Sequence record: MW057919.1
Direction: 5' to 3' (one strand)
DNA: 64,000 nt
The stretch's first letter is position 1. Each line of letters starts with the position of its first letter. Below are positions 1 through 17,763 of the stretch, piece by piece. A model generated the notes under the pieces. It was not told where the DNA came from and searched no databases. It worked only from the letters and a program-made list of their open reading frames with translations. Both the position numbers and the translations under genes were made by a program.

Positions 1-344
1 TGGTTTGATAATTTAAAACCGGTATCACTGCGTAAAGGTTTAAAGAAACGGTTCTGGCGGCGAAACTCTTGAATCATTGTTGCTGGGATATTTGAAGTCC
101 TACGTGGATTACCTTCAAATGTAAGCATATCAGTAACATGCTCAATATATACTTTACCTTGATGTTTGGAGAATAATGGGTCTGTTTGACTAGGACCCAT
201 TACTGCATTATTACCATCGAAGAACTGATAAATGGATTCGAAAGGTAGATCAAGTTTATTTAGAGCATGCAACTTAGGTGACTGAAGTTTAGCATATTCG
301 CGTACACTATAATTTTTCAGAAACTGTGTAATATTTAAGCGCAT
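1..344 (-). CDS. 5' part of a large gene running off the window edge; probably virion RNA polymerase beta-like subunit (phiKZ gp178 family)
   Basis: Manual translation from ATG at 344: MRLNITQFLKNYSVREYAKLQSPKLH..., open to position 1. Starts 2 nt after the beta' gene stop. The N-terminal QFxxxxxVRxxxxLxxP pattern is as I recall for gp178 homologs. Confidence 0.55.
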   Translation of the reverse strand, partial: MRLNITQFLKNYSVREYAKLQSPKLHALNKLDLPFESIYQFFDGNNAVMGPSQTDPLFSKHQGKVYIEHVTDMLTFEGNPRRTSNIPATMIQEFRRQNRFFKPLRSDTGFKLSN

Positions 345-346
345 GA

Positions 347-2002
347 TTAATCCCTTTGTTTGGGTTCCCCAGTCATGTACCGAAGAGTTAAATTGAGTGT
401 ATGGACACCAACACTAAATGCCAGTCGACCATCGGCATGTATATATGCAATACGTTTCTTAAAGAAAGCATCTGTTTCAGCGATAGCTTCCTCTGAATAA
501 ACTGCGTTAAATGATACAGTGTCCCCGTCGAAATCCGCCCCCAATGGCGCGAGAATAGAAGGAGAGATGGATACTGAGTCATGCCACTGGGCTGGTTTAT
601 TTAATTCAAACACAGGGAATTCTAAGGCTGGTTCCAACGTATCATCACGTTCCCATTGATCATTTAACGGATAACGTAATTCACCCACTACGGTTGTTTT
701 AACATACATCTTACAGGGGATAGAGCTATTGTAGTTTTCTACAGGATATCGTGTAACAAACGCTGAGTTTGTTCGCCACATACTTAATCCACTAAGGTAA
801 ACTAATTCGGCATAAGTAATAGGTCTAACAAATTTCTTATTTAGATTAGTAGGTAACTCATCGATGTTGCGGAATATTTTAAAATTCTGTTTATCATCAA
901 CGTAAATAAGGGCTAGATAATGATCAGCAATTTCAATTGCACGTGAACGTTTTTCAATGACATCTAACTCATTGATGATTTGTTCTTGCCCTTCAGGAGT
1001 TCCCCATAGATCCATATCTTCGTTAGAGATATCAACCCATTCTAAGCGTAGTGTTTTCTTATTGATGAGCTGTACAGTGTTAGTAACTGTATCAAACACT
1101 TCACCAACTACACCTTGCCTTAGTGCAAAGATTGTACGTGGTGCAACAGAACGAGCTGCTTGATGTAAGCCAACTACAGCATCTTTGAATGTTGGTCGAT
1201 TAGGTGAATCAAGATCAGCCGCATTAGTATCTAGCGAACTAATGACGTTACGGGTACCATTGGCAATACGACGGGATGCCCATTTAGATTGGATATAACC
1301 TCGTTTACTACCTGCTAATAACCTTTCATAATGTTCATAAATAGCTAATACTGTATTTTGCATCGCTACTCGTTTGCGATCATAGATACTCAAGTCATCG
1401 TTTGGTCCAAAACTGTCAGGTACACCAAACGACTGATTTAATAGATATCTATAATGTTCATTGACCTCATCCATCTCAACACGATTATTCTCATCAATCT
1501 CTGCATCACGATAAGCAGCAGGTGTTACAATCATGTCTTTAAAAATACAGTTATCTTTATATTTTTCGATTAATTGTAACCTTGATAGCCGAATCCCTGA
1601 CTTAGTGGTCCCAAAGTCAATTCGTTTCCAGTTATCAAAAAAGAATGTATAACCAGTTTTACCAGTTAGTTCATCAGCGCGGATAAAATCTTTAATAGAT
1701 TCATCAAATACTGCAAATGCCTTACCAAGAATAATTTCTTCATAGAAAGCTTTTAATTTAATTAAGTTTCGATATACAACTGGATGGATAAGTTCTAAAC
1801 CTAAATGGATATATCCAAATAAACTCTCACGATCAGTTGATCCAACTCTTCCAAAAATGGAAACAGAGAACAAACCATCTTCATGAAAGTTACCACCTAA
1901 ACCTTCAAATATCTCATGACTCTTTACTTGACCTAAGAACTTTAATTGTTCTTTAGTAGGAATAAGTAAAGAAATATTAAAAGGAACTAATGCCTTCTTC
2001 AT
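347..2002 (-). CDS. Virion RNA polymerase beta' subunit, catalytic-centre-containing piece (phiKZ gp180-like), 551 aa
   Basis: RpoC-like GLFSVSIFG...GYIHL...HP, KRRIANGTRNVIS-type segment, and catalytic DxDGD loop (LGADFDGDT). Confidence 0.92.
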   Translation of the reverse strand: MKKALVPFNISLLIPTKEQLKFLGQVKSHEIFEGLGGNFHEDGLFSVSIFGRVGSTDRESLFGYIHLGLELIHPVVYRNLIKLKAFYEEIILGKAFAVFDESIKDFIRADELTGKTGYTFFFDNWKRIDFGTTKSGIRLSRLQLIEKYKDNCIFKDMIVTPAAYRDAEIDENNRVEMDEVNEHYRYLLNQSFGVPDSFGPNDDLSIYDRKRVAMQNTVLAIYEHYERLLAGSKRGYIQSKWASRRIANGTRNVISSLDTNAADLDSPNRPTFKDAVVGLHQAARSVAPRTIFALRQGVVGEVFDTVTNTVQLINKKTLRLEWVDISNEDMDLWGTPEGQEQIINELDVIEKRSRAIEIADHYLALIYVDDKQNFKIFRNIDELPTNLNKKFVRPITYAELVYLSGLSMWRTNSAFVTRYPVENYNSSIPCKMYVKTTVVGELRYPLNDQWERDDTLEPALEFPVFELNKPAQWHDSVSISPSILAPLGADFDGDTVSFNAVYSEEAIAETDAFFKKRIAYIHADGRLAFSVGVHTLNLTLRYMTGEPKQRD

Positions 2003-2077
2003 TTTCTATTTTCCTATTTTGGTAATACTAAGTTAAACAACGATATGATACTTTACTAATCGTCAATGGAGTTTAAT

Positions 2078-10841
<8,764 letters not shown>

Positions 10842-10899
10842 ATACTTGGAATAGTTATTTATTGTAACCATTCTTAAACCAATGTAATAGGTAATTAAC

Positions 10900-11205
10900 A
10901 TGTCTCTACTTAAAAAGATCGGTCTAGCTCTAATTGGATCAGAAGGACGTAAGGAAGTTTTTGAACAAGAGTTAACTAAACTATCAAATACTAATGCAGT
11001 TATTGATCAAATGGTGATTAATGTACTGGGTAGTAAGAAGAAGTTAAATGACTTCCTAATTGAAGCTGAAGAAATTGATAATAAGAAACTAGGCTTCATT
11101 AAAAATCGAGCCGAACTTATTAAACTAGTCAAATCTAAATATTCACAAGACCCTCGGGTTGCCGATGTTGTAGTGTCACTTTACATTGGTGGTTTCATTT
11201 ATTGA
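10900..11205 (+). CDS. Hypothetical protein, 101 aa
   Basis: ORF with AGG RBS. Confidence 0.7.
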   Translation: MSLLKKIGLALIGSEGRKEVFEQELTKLSNTNAVIDQMVINVLGSKKKLNDFLIEAEEIDNKKLGFIKNRAELIKLVKSKYSQDPRVADVVVSLYIGGFIY

Positions 11206-11212
11206 GGTAAGT

Positions 11213-11905
11213 ATGTCTAAACCTAATCTTGAGTGGTTAGCTTCCTTAGAAAGTAAAGAAGCTAAAAGTACAGTAGATGCTTCTGATATGGATAATGACC
11301 AAAAGGAAGGTAGTGATAAATCACAACATGACGAAGCTTCTGAAACTGAGAAGAATATAACTGCAACTGATATACAAATTGCAATTGAAGAATATGCGCG
11401 TATCCGTGCATTAACCACTACTAAAGATCTTCCAGCTGACCCTGAACCAGGCGATACTTATCATGTAAATGGGGTAGATTGGATTTATCAAGAAGATGGT
11501 GGATGGGTAACTATGCAAGGTATTTATGGCCATGAACATTTTGATGAAAATGGTCTAAATATTGAAGCAAGTGGCATTGACCAGAAATCAGGTGCAACTA
11601 AACGTTATGTGGTAACTGGTTATAATGCTCAGACTAACCCAGCTGCTATGCCTGGTGATAACCTGACTGAATGCGTTATCCTAATGCAGAATGGACTTGT
11701 TCCAGAAGTTGGTGTAAATGGCCTAACTGCTGACTGTCTAATTAAAATCGTTAAAGATTTATTTGAAGGTTACCAAGCAGGCCCATTTGCATGTGAAGAG
11801 AATCAGGTAGTGATTAATTCAATGGACCGTGCTCTTAGTGCAATTCATCAACGCTTCGTACGACGTAAAGAACAGGGTACTGAAGGTACTTATAGTGGTA
11901 ATTAA
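11213..11905 (+). CDS. tad1: Tad1-family anti-defence nucleotide-signal sponge with N-terminal acidic extension, 230 aa
   Basis: C-terminal QNG..EVGVNG..LIKIVKD..GYQAGPFACEEN..ALSAIHQR..RRKEQGTEGT matches the Tad1 pattern FQxG..G...L.IV.DRL..FQAGPF..EN...EAL...R..R..V.GT. GAGG RBS favours ATG 11213 over TTG 11186. Confidence 0.75.
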   Translation: MSKPNLEWLASLESKEAKSTVDASDMDNDQKEGSDKSQHDEASETEKNITATDIQIAIEEYARIRALTTTKDLPADPEPGDTYHVNGVDWIYQEDGGWVTMQGIYGHEHFDENGLNIEASGIDQKSGATKRYVVTGYNAQTNPAAMPGDNLTECVILMQNGLVPEVGVNGLTADCLIKIVKDLFEGYQAGPFACEENQVVINSMDRALSAIHQRFVRRKEQGTEGTYSGN

Positions 11906-11911
11906 CATATT

Positions 11912-11967
11912 GCCTCCCTTCGGGGAGGCTTTATATCGTAATGAAAAAAATTTGAGATTTATATTAC
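11912..11967 (+). promoter_or_regulatory. Terminator + early promoter cassette
   Basis: GCCTCCC-ttcg-GGGAGGC (11912-11929), then AAAAAAATTTGAGATT-TATATTAC (core 11960-11967). Confidence 0.8.
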
Positions 11968-12012
11968 TAATACGCAATTAGGAAAATAACTATCTAGTAA
12001 AGAGGAATCATA

Positions 12013-12507
12013 ATGAACGTTGTAATCTTCACTGCCCGACCTATTGGTTATAAAGTTCCTGGTCCTAACTCCGCTGTAAATAAGTTTGAACTACATACAG
12101 CTAATGCACCTAGTGTATATAGTTCTTCACCAGGATTACCAATTACCACTCAAGAAAGTAGTTGTATCTATACACTCACTTCGAATCATGAGCTAGTCGC
12201 TGGCATCACCGATAATGATAACTCCCTCATGGTTTTTAGACTAGTACTTGCGTATAATAATGATACAGCTAACTATCTAATTAGTACCCAGGTTATTGAT
12301 AGTAGCGCTGAACTAAAAGGAGTGGAAATCATTAGTGAACTCAGTTTCAGTGTAATTGATACTGGTGCTCATGCGATTCGTCGAGTGAATTCGATCGGTG
12401 TATGTGAGGCTGTTGCCGCTCGATGGTCGCCAGTTGCAATTGTAGCTGATACTAGTGGTGAAGACTTTGGCGATGTATGTACCTCATATATCAAATCGAG
12501 TAACTAG
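12013..12507 (+). CDS. Hypothetical early protein, 164 aa
   Basis: GAGG RBS; first gene after early promoter. Confidence 0.75.
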   Translation: MNVVIFTARPIGYKVPGPNSAVNKFELHTANAPSVYSSSPGLPITTQESSCIYTLTSNHELVAGITDNDNSLMVFRLVLAYNNDTANYLISTQVIDSSAELKGVEIISELSFSVIDTGAHAIRRVNSIGVCEAVAARWSPVAIVADTSGEDFGDVCTSYIKSSN

Positions 12508-12508
12508 C

Positions 12509-12751
12509 ATGGTAGATAAAGACAAAACAATGGTAGATTTGGTTAAGTCAGCACATGAGCTGATTTCACATCTTGACACACTAAATAAAGTAGCAGCTAC
12601 CATTAATCTAATTGGTATGCCAGATGCTTTAAAAGAAGTAGTTAAACTCCCCGATGTAAAATGTGTTGTATATAAACGACCATTAACTGACAATCTAATT
12701 AAGATTGTCTTTAATGATGGTAGTTGCTTTGTAATGAAAGATGTAAATTAA
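12509..12751 (+). CDS. Hypothetical protein, about 80 aa
   Basis: ATG directly after upstream stop (track ORF starts at GTG 12455). Confidence 0.6.
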   Translation: MVDKDKTMVDLVKSAHELISHLDTLNKVAATINLIGMPDALKEVVKLPDVKCVVYKRPLTDNLIKIVFNDGSCFVMKDVN

Positions 12752-12781
12752 ACCACCACCCTAAATAGAGAGAGTACTAAA

Positions 12782-13186
12782 ATGTCCATCGAAACCACCA
12801 AGAAGTTTATCGAAACTCACAACCTAAATGAAAAAGTAAGCATGTCCGATGCCGGGGTATTCGAAATCCCGGATGGCCTATTTGAAGAAGTTGTTCTACA
12901 ACCGGCAGGCGTGACCGCCGAGCAGTATGCTCAGGTACATGAAGGTGCAGGGCAACTGGCAGCAGCTGTAAGTTATGTATTTGCTGAAAAAGCTGCACCG
13001 TACATGAAAGAAAATGAAAACATTGCTGAACTGGGTTATTCCTATAATGCAGGTGGTGCAACTGTTTCTGGTATTATCGATCGTAAAGGCGAGCTTGTTA
13101 CGGTGGTAGATACCAAATATAAGAGCAGCGCTATGAATGATGTTGTTGAAAGTGTAGCCAGCTTCTTTGAAGATGTCAATAGCTAA
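12782..13186 (+). CDS. Hypothetical acidic protein, 134 aa
   Basis: GAGAG RBS; GC-richer codon usage than neighbours. Confidence 0.8.
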   Translation: MSIETTKKFIETHNLNEKVSMSDAGVFEIPDGLFEEVVLQPAGVTAEQYAQVHEGAGQLAAAVSYVFAEKAAPYMKENENIAELGYSYNAGGATVSGIIDRKGELVTVVDTKYKSSAMNDVVESVASFFEDVNS

Positions 13187-13213
13187 TATATACTAGCTAT
13201 GTCAATATAATAA

Positions 13214-13240
13214 GATCAGTGGGTAATGTACCCACTGGTC
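13214..13240 (+). terminator. Probable terminator
   Basis: GATCAGTGGGT-aatgt-ACCCACTGGTC followed by ATTTTAT. Confidence 0.65.
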
Positions 13241-13303
13241 ATTTTATATTAAAAAGTTTAATGGTTAAATAATACATTTTAATAATTTAAGGAATTAGGT
13301 ATC

Positions 13304-13636
13304 ATGGCGGATCAGAATTTATTTAAAGAAGTTTATGGTGATAATAAAAAATCACATTCTAACGATATCAAATCTAATCTAGTTATTGTAATTGTACAAA
13401 CTGTTCGACAAAAAGCCATTTCTCAAAAAGTATTGATTGACGATGTTTTCACTAAACTAGGTATCTCTGATGAACTTAGTGAAAATATTAAAATGTGTAA
13501 TTTACCAGCTCTAAGCATTGATGCATTAGTTGACGTTCTATATAGCTTAGGTTATAGGGCTTCATTAAAATTATCGCAACAAGATTTAAAAGATAACGTT
13601 GAAGCAGTAATTGAATTTAAGATGAAGGATCAGTAA
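13304..13636 (+). CDS. Possible degenerate XRE-type helix-turn-helix protein, 110 aa
   Basis: ISQ..LGIS..SIDALVDVLYSLGYRASLKL resembles the XRE/HTH_37 C-terminal pattern. Confidence 0.4.
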   Translation: MADQNLFKEVYGDNKKSHSNDIKSNLVIVIVQTVRQKAISQKVLIDDVFTKLGISDELSENIKMCNLPALSIDALVDVLYSLGYRASLKLSQQDLKDNVEAVIEFKMKDQ

Positions 13637-14697
13637 TGAATGGTTTATTTGTAAGTATTGAAGGGAATGAAGGTGTCGGTAAAACGACCGTTACAAAAAT
13701 GGTTGTTGCGGAGCTTCTTAAACGTGGATATGATGTCGTAACACTACGTGAACCTGGCGGTACAAATACATCAGAAGAAATCCGACAAATGCTGATTTGG
13801 CCTAAACACAATGATGTTCGACCGCCGGAATTTGATGTACTGATGCATAGTGCATATAGAGTGATGAATGTAGAGAATATCATCTTACCTGCTCTTAAAG
13901 AAGATAAGATTGTTATTACCGAGCGATTCATTGCATCGACATATGCTCTAAATGTGTATCCTTTCGAAGAAACTAATCCATATCTATCAAAATTGTTTAT
14001 GGATATCCTTCAAGGAACCTTACACTCTATCCCAGAGCCAGCTACCTTCTTCCTGACTGCACCTAAAGAAGTACGTGAAGAACGAATTAAGAAAAGTAAT
14101 AGGCGCCTTGATTATTATGAATCTAAAGGATCCGATTACTTCGATAAGGTTGATAAAGGTTTTGAACGACTTATCAATCAACCTAGTTCTATTACGGTCG
14201 ATGCTAATCGTGGTCTAGATGTCATTGTTAATGAAATTGTTGAATCGATTATCTTCTTGCGTGAAAAACAAAAGAATAAACAGTCATCTTTTGATGAGCA
14301 GCTATCTAACACATCCTCAAGTAATAGCGAATTTGATAGTGAAAGTGAAAGTTCGGACATTCCATGGAATGATACGCAGCAGGAAAATCCTGTAGAAGTA
14401 TCTGACAGCGATTTACATTTTGATCTGGATGCTGAGATTAATAAATATCTAGATGAAAATATCGTTCCTCAACTATTTACAGGGGATGAACGTTTTCTTG
14501 CATCAGGTAAGGTAGTAGCTAAAAAGTATTGCCAACTTGTCTATGATAAATTACCGGATGAAGAAAAGCATAAGATGTTCCTAGGGTCAAATAAAGAACG
14601 TCTAAATCAACAAATTCATAGTCTACTTTACTATGGACATCAATTAGATAGTTTCATCACAGAAAATGATCTAATTGGTAAAACACTCTGGAAATAA
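13636..14697 (+). CDS. tmk: Thymidylate kinase with ~140-aa C-terminal extension, 353 aa
   Basis: P-loop FVSIEGNEGVGKTT, REPGGT, VITERF-type motif. Confidence 0.9.
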   Translation: MNGLFVSIEGNEGVGKTTVTKMVVAELLKRGYDVVTLREPGGTNTSEEIRQMLIWPKHNDVRPPEFDVLMHSAYRVMNVENIILPALKEDKIVITERFIASTYALNVYPFEETNPYLSKLFMDILQGTLHSIPEPATFFLTAPKEVREERIKKSNRRLDYYESKGSDYFDKVDKGFERLINQPSSITVDANRGLDVIVNEIVESIIFLREKQKNKQSSFDEQLSNTSSSNSEFDSESESSDIPWNDTQQENPVEVSDSDLHFDLDAEINKYLDENIVPQLFTGDERFLASGKVVAKKYCQLVYDKLPDEEKHKMFLGSNKERLNQQIHSLLYYGHQLDSFITENDLIGKTLWK

Positions 14698-14733
14698 ATC
14701 AATTTATTACTTCGTAACTGGTGACGAAATTAA

Positions 14734-14985
14734 ATGAGCACTACCCTGACTCTGAAAGAATCTAAATATATTCCTGCAACTGAGCTTGATAATCTAGAAG
14801 CTTATATTGGTCGAACTTTTCTAGTTGAGCGCAATGGTGTATCAACTGCACATAAGCTAATTAAACTATCTCGACGTGATGTTTATCTCGGTTATCCAGA
14901 TGGTAGGGAAGATTCATTTACATTGTCTATTAATAAGTTCCGGAAGTTCTATAAGCTAGCTCCATCTAGTCGCGATAAAAAATAA
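14734..14985 (+). CDS. Hypothetical protein, 83 aa
   Basis: ORF followed by terminator. Confidence 0.7.
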   Translation: MSTTLTLKESKYIPATELDNLEAYIGRTFLVERNGVSTAHKLIKLSRRDVYLGYPDGREDSFTLSINKFRKFYKLAPSSRDKK

Positions 14986-14998
14986 AGCACGATATAAT

Positions 14999-15021
14999 AG
15001 AGTCCCCATTATGGGGACTCT
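14999..15021 (+). terminator. Rho-independent terminator
   Basis: AGAGTCCCCA-tta-TGGGGACTCT + TCTTT. Confidence 0.75.
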
Positions 15022-15054
15022 TCTTTATAATTTTTTTGTTAAAAGGTATATCAA

Positions 15055-15495
15055 ATGTTTAATAGGATTGTTAGAGCTTTCCATATTGTTGATAAAGACC
15101 AATCTAAACATGGTGAACTAGATTTACCACAATGGCCAGCCTATATATCGGTTACTCCTAAAGTTATCGACATTAGGGATAAAGAATTTAATTATCATGG
15201 TTTTATTTCACATATTAGTGCCCCTTTAAAAGTTATAAAACCAGATGAATATATTAAAGCCAGATATACATTATCTTCACACTTTATTTATCAGCATGAA
15301 GGTGATAATGACCCAGTCGATGCACCTGGCTTTAGTATTGACATTGAATACAGACTAGTTACTCAAAATACTAAAACGTGGTATTTAGATATCAACATCA
15401 TCACTGATAAATCAATTAGTTACAATATTGAAAGTATTCTAAATGCGGAATTCATGTGTCAATGTCCATTTAATCTTTATATAAACGGTAAATAA
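15055..15495 (+). CDS. Hypothetical protein, 146 aa
   Basis: AAGG RBS. Confidence 0.7.
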   Translation: MFNRIVRAFHIVDKDQSKHGELDLPQWPAYISVTPKVIDIRDKEFNYHGFISHISAPLKVIKPDEYIKARYTLSSHFIYQHEGDNDPVDAPGFSIDIEYRLVTQNTKTWYLDINIITDKSISYNIESILNAEFMCQCPFNLYINGK

Positions 15496-15522
15496 CTAAT
15501 CATTTATAATAGAGGAAAGAGT

Positions 15523-16314
15523 ATGTTTAAATCCTTGAACTTTAACTATACTACTCAACCTTCTACAGAAGGTATCTGTTTGTACATCGGCCATGGTGAT
15601 GTTGGACTACTTGAGGGTAACAAATCTTCAACTGGTATTGCTGATAAATTAGAACAATGCCCTTATTACTTACATGTTACTGTTGGTAAATCAAACACAG
15701 CTAACCAATTGACCATCACTGGTTATACTAATAATCAACCTAACCTCCGTAGTTGGCATGGTCAAGAAGCTATGGACATTCTTCTGAATAATATCAACAT
15801 TGATAACAATGTGGTACAACGAGAACTCAACTTTAAAGTACTCATTGAATCAGTTGAGCGTAAAGATCCGCGTGTTATTATACTAATGGCACTAGGTGCA
15901 CTTCCATCTCAAGATTACCCTGGTCATTTTAATGATTTAACATCCGATAAGCAACTATTCAAACGGGAAGGCACTTTCATTGATTATAATGAAAAAGAAT
16001 ATAGTGATACATGCAATACCATTACACGCAAATTATTAAACCTGTGTGGTTGTGGTCATCCAGAAGCAGAATTGCAGTATATTGATGATGTATTGGATAT
16101 ATATCGCCAAGGGTGGAATATTTCTAAACGTAATGAATGTGATAAGAAATATGGATTTGGTCCGACTACATTCATGCTACATTATTTAGATAGTCTTGGA
16201 TTTGCCGAGCATGGCACGGGTGCAGCTGGTTGGCTACTCGATGAAGGCGCATGGGTAAGTGTATTAGTAAAATTAGCAATTAAGGAAACCGAGGGTGGAT
16301 ACACTGATGTTTAA
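15523..16314 (+). CDS. Hypothetical protein with C-terminal CGCGxPE...EHG...WL domain, 263 aa
   Basis: GAGG RBS; LCGCGHPE and AEHGTGAAGWLLDEG motifs. Confidence 0.75.
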   Translation: MFKSLNFNYTTQPSTEGICLYIGHGDVGLLEGNKSSTGIADKLEQCPYYLHVTVGKSNTANQLTITGYTNNQPNLRSWHGQEAMDILLNNINIDNNVVQRELNFKVLIESVERKDPRVIILMALGALPSQDYPGHFNDLTSDKQLFKREGTFIDYNEKEYSDTCNTITRKLLNLCGCGHPEAELQYIDDVLDIYRQGWNISKRNECDKKYGFGPTTFMLHYLDSLGFAEHGTGAAGWLLDEGAWVSVLVKLAIKETEGGYTDV

Positions 16315-17032
16315 ATTATCGATGCGTATATTCTGTGCAGTATTTCTGATTAGTATTGGCATGTATACTAAAGCTAGTGTTAATTACGAACCACTTGCTT
16401 TTTATGGAGTACCATTATTCTACTCTAATCATACTCCGCGAATTGCTCCATGTAATTTCAATAAGCAATCCAAACTGGGTAGTTGCGGTTGGACCAGTTA
16501 TCCAGAAAATTCAATAATATTGGTGGTTCACCCTAGTGATCCAACTAAACAACTACCTGTTGAATACTCGATGTACCAGGAGGTTATCTGTGAGGATGAT
16601 CAGTGCTATACATCCGATTATCATGAACCATATGGACATCTATTGGGATTTAAAGGAACTACTTATTGGTCAGTACCAACTGGATACTATTTACTAAATG
16701 GACCTAATGGGGTACATGGTGTCAAATTTGGCAATGGTCCCTTAAAAGACACTTATCCTATTCGTGATGTATACATGGTAAATAATGATAGAGTGATTGA
16801 TGGTGAGTATCTTACACTACAAAATACTAGGGGCTTTTATAATGTAGTGTGTAGTCAACTTACACAAATGTGTAAATACTTTGGTAAAGAATATACTTTA
16901 CTAGAACTCATTCAAATTATCCCATTTGTAAAGACCACCACTTGCGATGAATTCCTTTGTTACATCAATAATGATAAAGGTAAGGTTGCAGGCATCAATC
17001 CAAAACGAAAGGATATTTACGAGGGGCTGTAA
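16307..17032 (+). CDS. Predicted exported Cys-rich protein, about 241 aa
   Basis: Signal-peptide-like N-terminus (MFKLSMRIFCAVFLISIGMYTKA); paired Cys motifs. Confidence 0.7.
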   Translation: MFKLSMRIFCAVFLISIGMYTKASVNYEPLAFYGVPLFYSNHTPRIAPCNFNKQSKLGSCGWTSYPENSIILVVHPSDPTKQLPVEYSMYQEVICEDDQCYTSDYHEPYGHLLGFKGTTYWSVPTGYYLLNGPNGVHGVKFGNGPLKDTYPIRDVYMVNNDRVIDGEYLTLQNTRGFYNVVCSQLTQMCKYFGKEYTLLELIQIIPFVKTTTCDEFLCYINNDKGKVAGINPKRKDIYEGL

Positions 17033-17394
17033 TGAACATCACCAATATAAAGCTCATCCAAACTATGGATGCTGTATTAGAGGAACTCACGAAATATCAC
17101 GATAACCTCAAGCCTTGTGTAGGTATTAAAATAGAGGTTTCACCATGTGACGCTAAGTGTATACTCTTATCTGAGGATATGGTTCGTAAGGTAGTTATTG
17201 AGATCAATGTAGTTAAACCACTGAATATGCGTGTAACCTATCTCTTTGATGAGAAGATGGTTACTAAGATCAACAAATATAATTCACATTACTACACTGA
17301 ATTAGCCAAACAAATAAATACGTTCTTTTCGGATACAAGTATCCCAACACGCACATTCGATTACCATGGATTCTTTGATTATCTTGGATTCTAA
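17032..17394 (+). CDS. Hypothetical protein, 120 aa
   Basis: TAATG coupling, GAGG RBS. Confidence 0.75.
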   Translation: MNITNIKLIQTMDAVLEELTKYHDNLKPCVGIKIEVSPCDAKCILLSEDMVRKVVIEINVVKPLNMRVTYLFDEKMVTKINKYNSHYYTELAKQINTFFSDTSIPTRTFDYHGFFDYLGF

Positions 17395-17406
17395 AAGGAG
17401 ATTATA

Positions 17407-17763
17407 ATGGGTTCTCTAACTCTTGAAACAGGGCGACAGATTGAGCATCATTTGCTGAATGCAATTAGCATTCATATTAATGCATCCCGGATTGACGCTA
17501 CATTGCGTGAAACAGTTAATGTCATCGATAACCCTGTAACAAAACGATCTATTGCATATGTGGTTGAGAGAGGCAAGGATATCCGCATTGCAGTTTATGA
17601 TACCAGCAATGATCATCTTGGCATGATATCTCATATTGAGTCTGGTGATAGTGAATTTAAAGTTCTTAATATGGCACAGGCTGTTCGGATAACCAAATTC
17701 TCATTGAATCAATTTGATGAGGCAGCAATATGTGCAGTAAGCTGGCTTGCCGGAAATCCATAA
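17407..17763 (+). CDS. Hypothetical protein, 118 aa
   Basis: AGGAG RBS. Confidence 0.8.
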   Translation: MGSLTLETGRQIEHHLLNAISIHINASRIDATLRETVNVIDNPVTKRSIAYVVERGKDIRIAVYDTSNDHLGMISHIESGDSEFKVLNMAQAVRITKFSLNQFDEAAICAVSWLAGNP

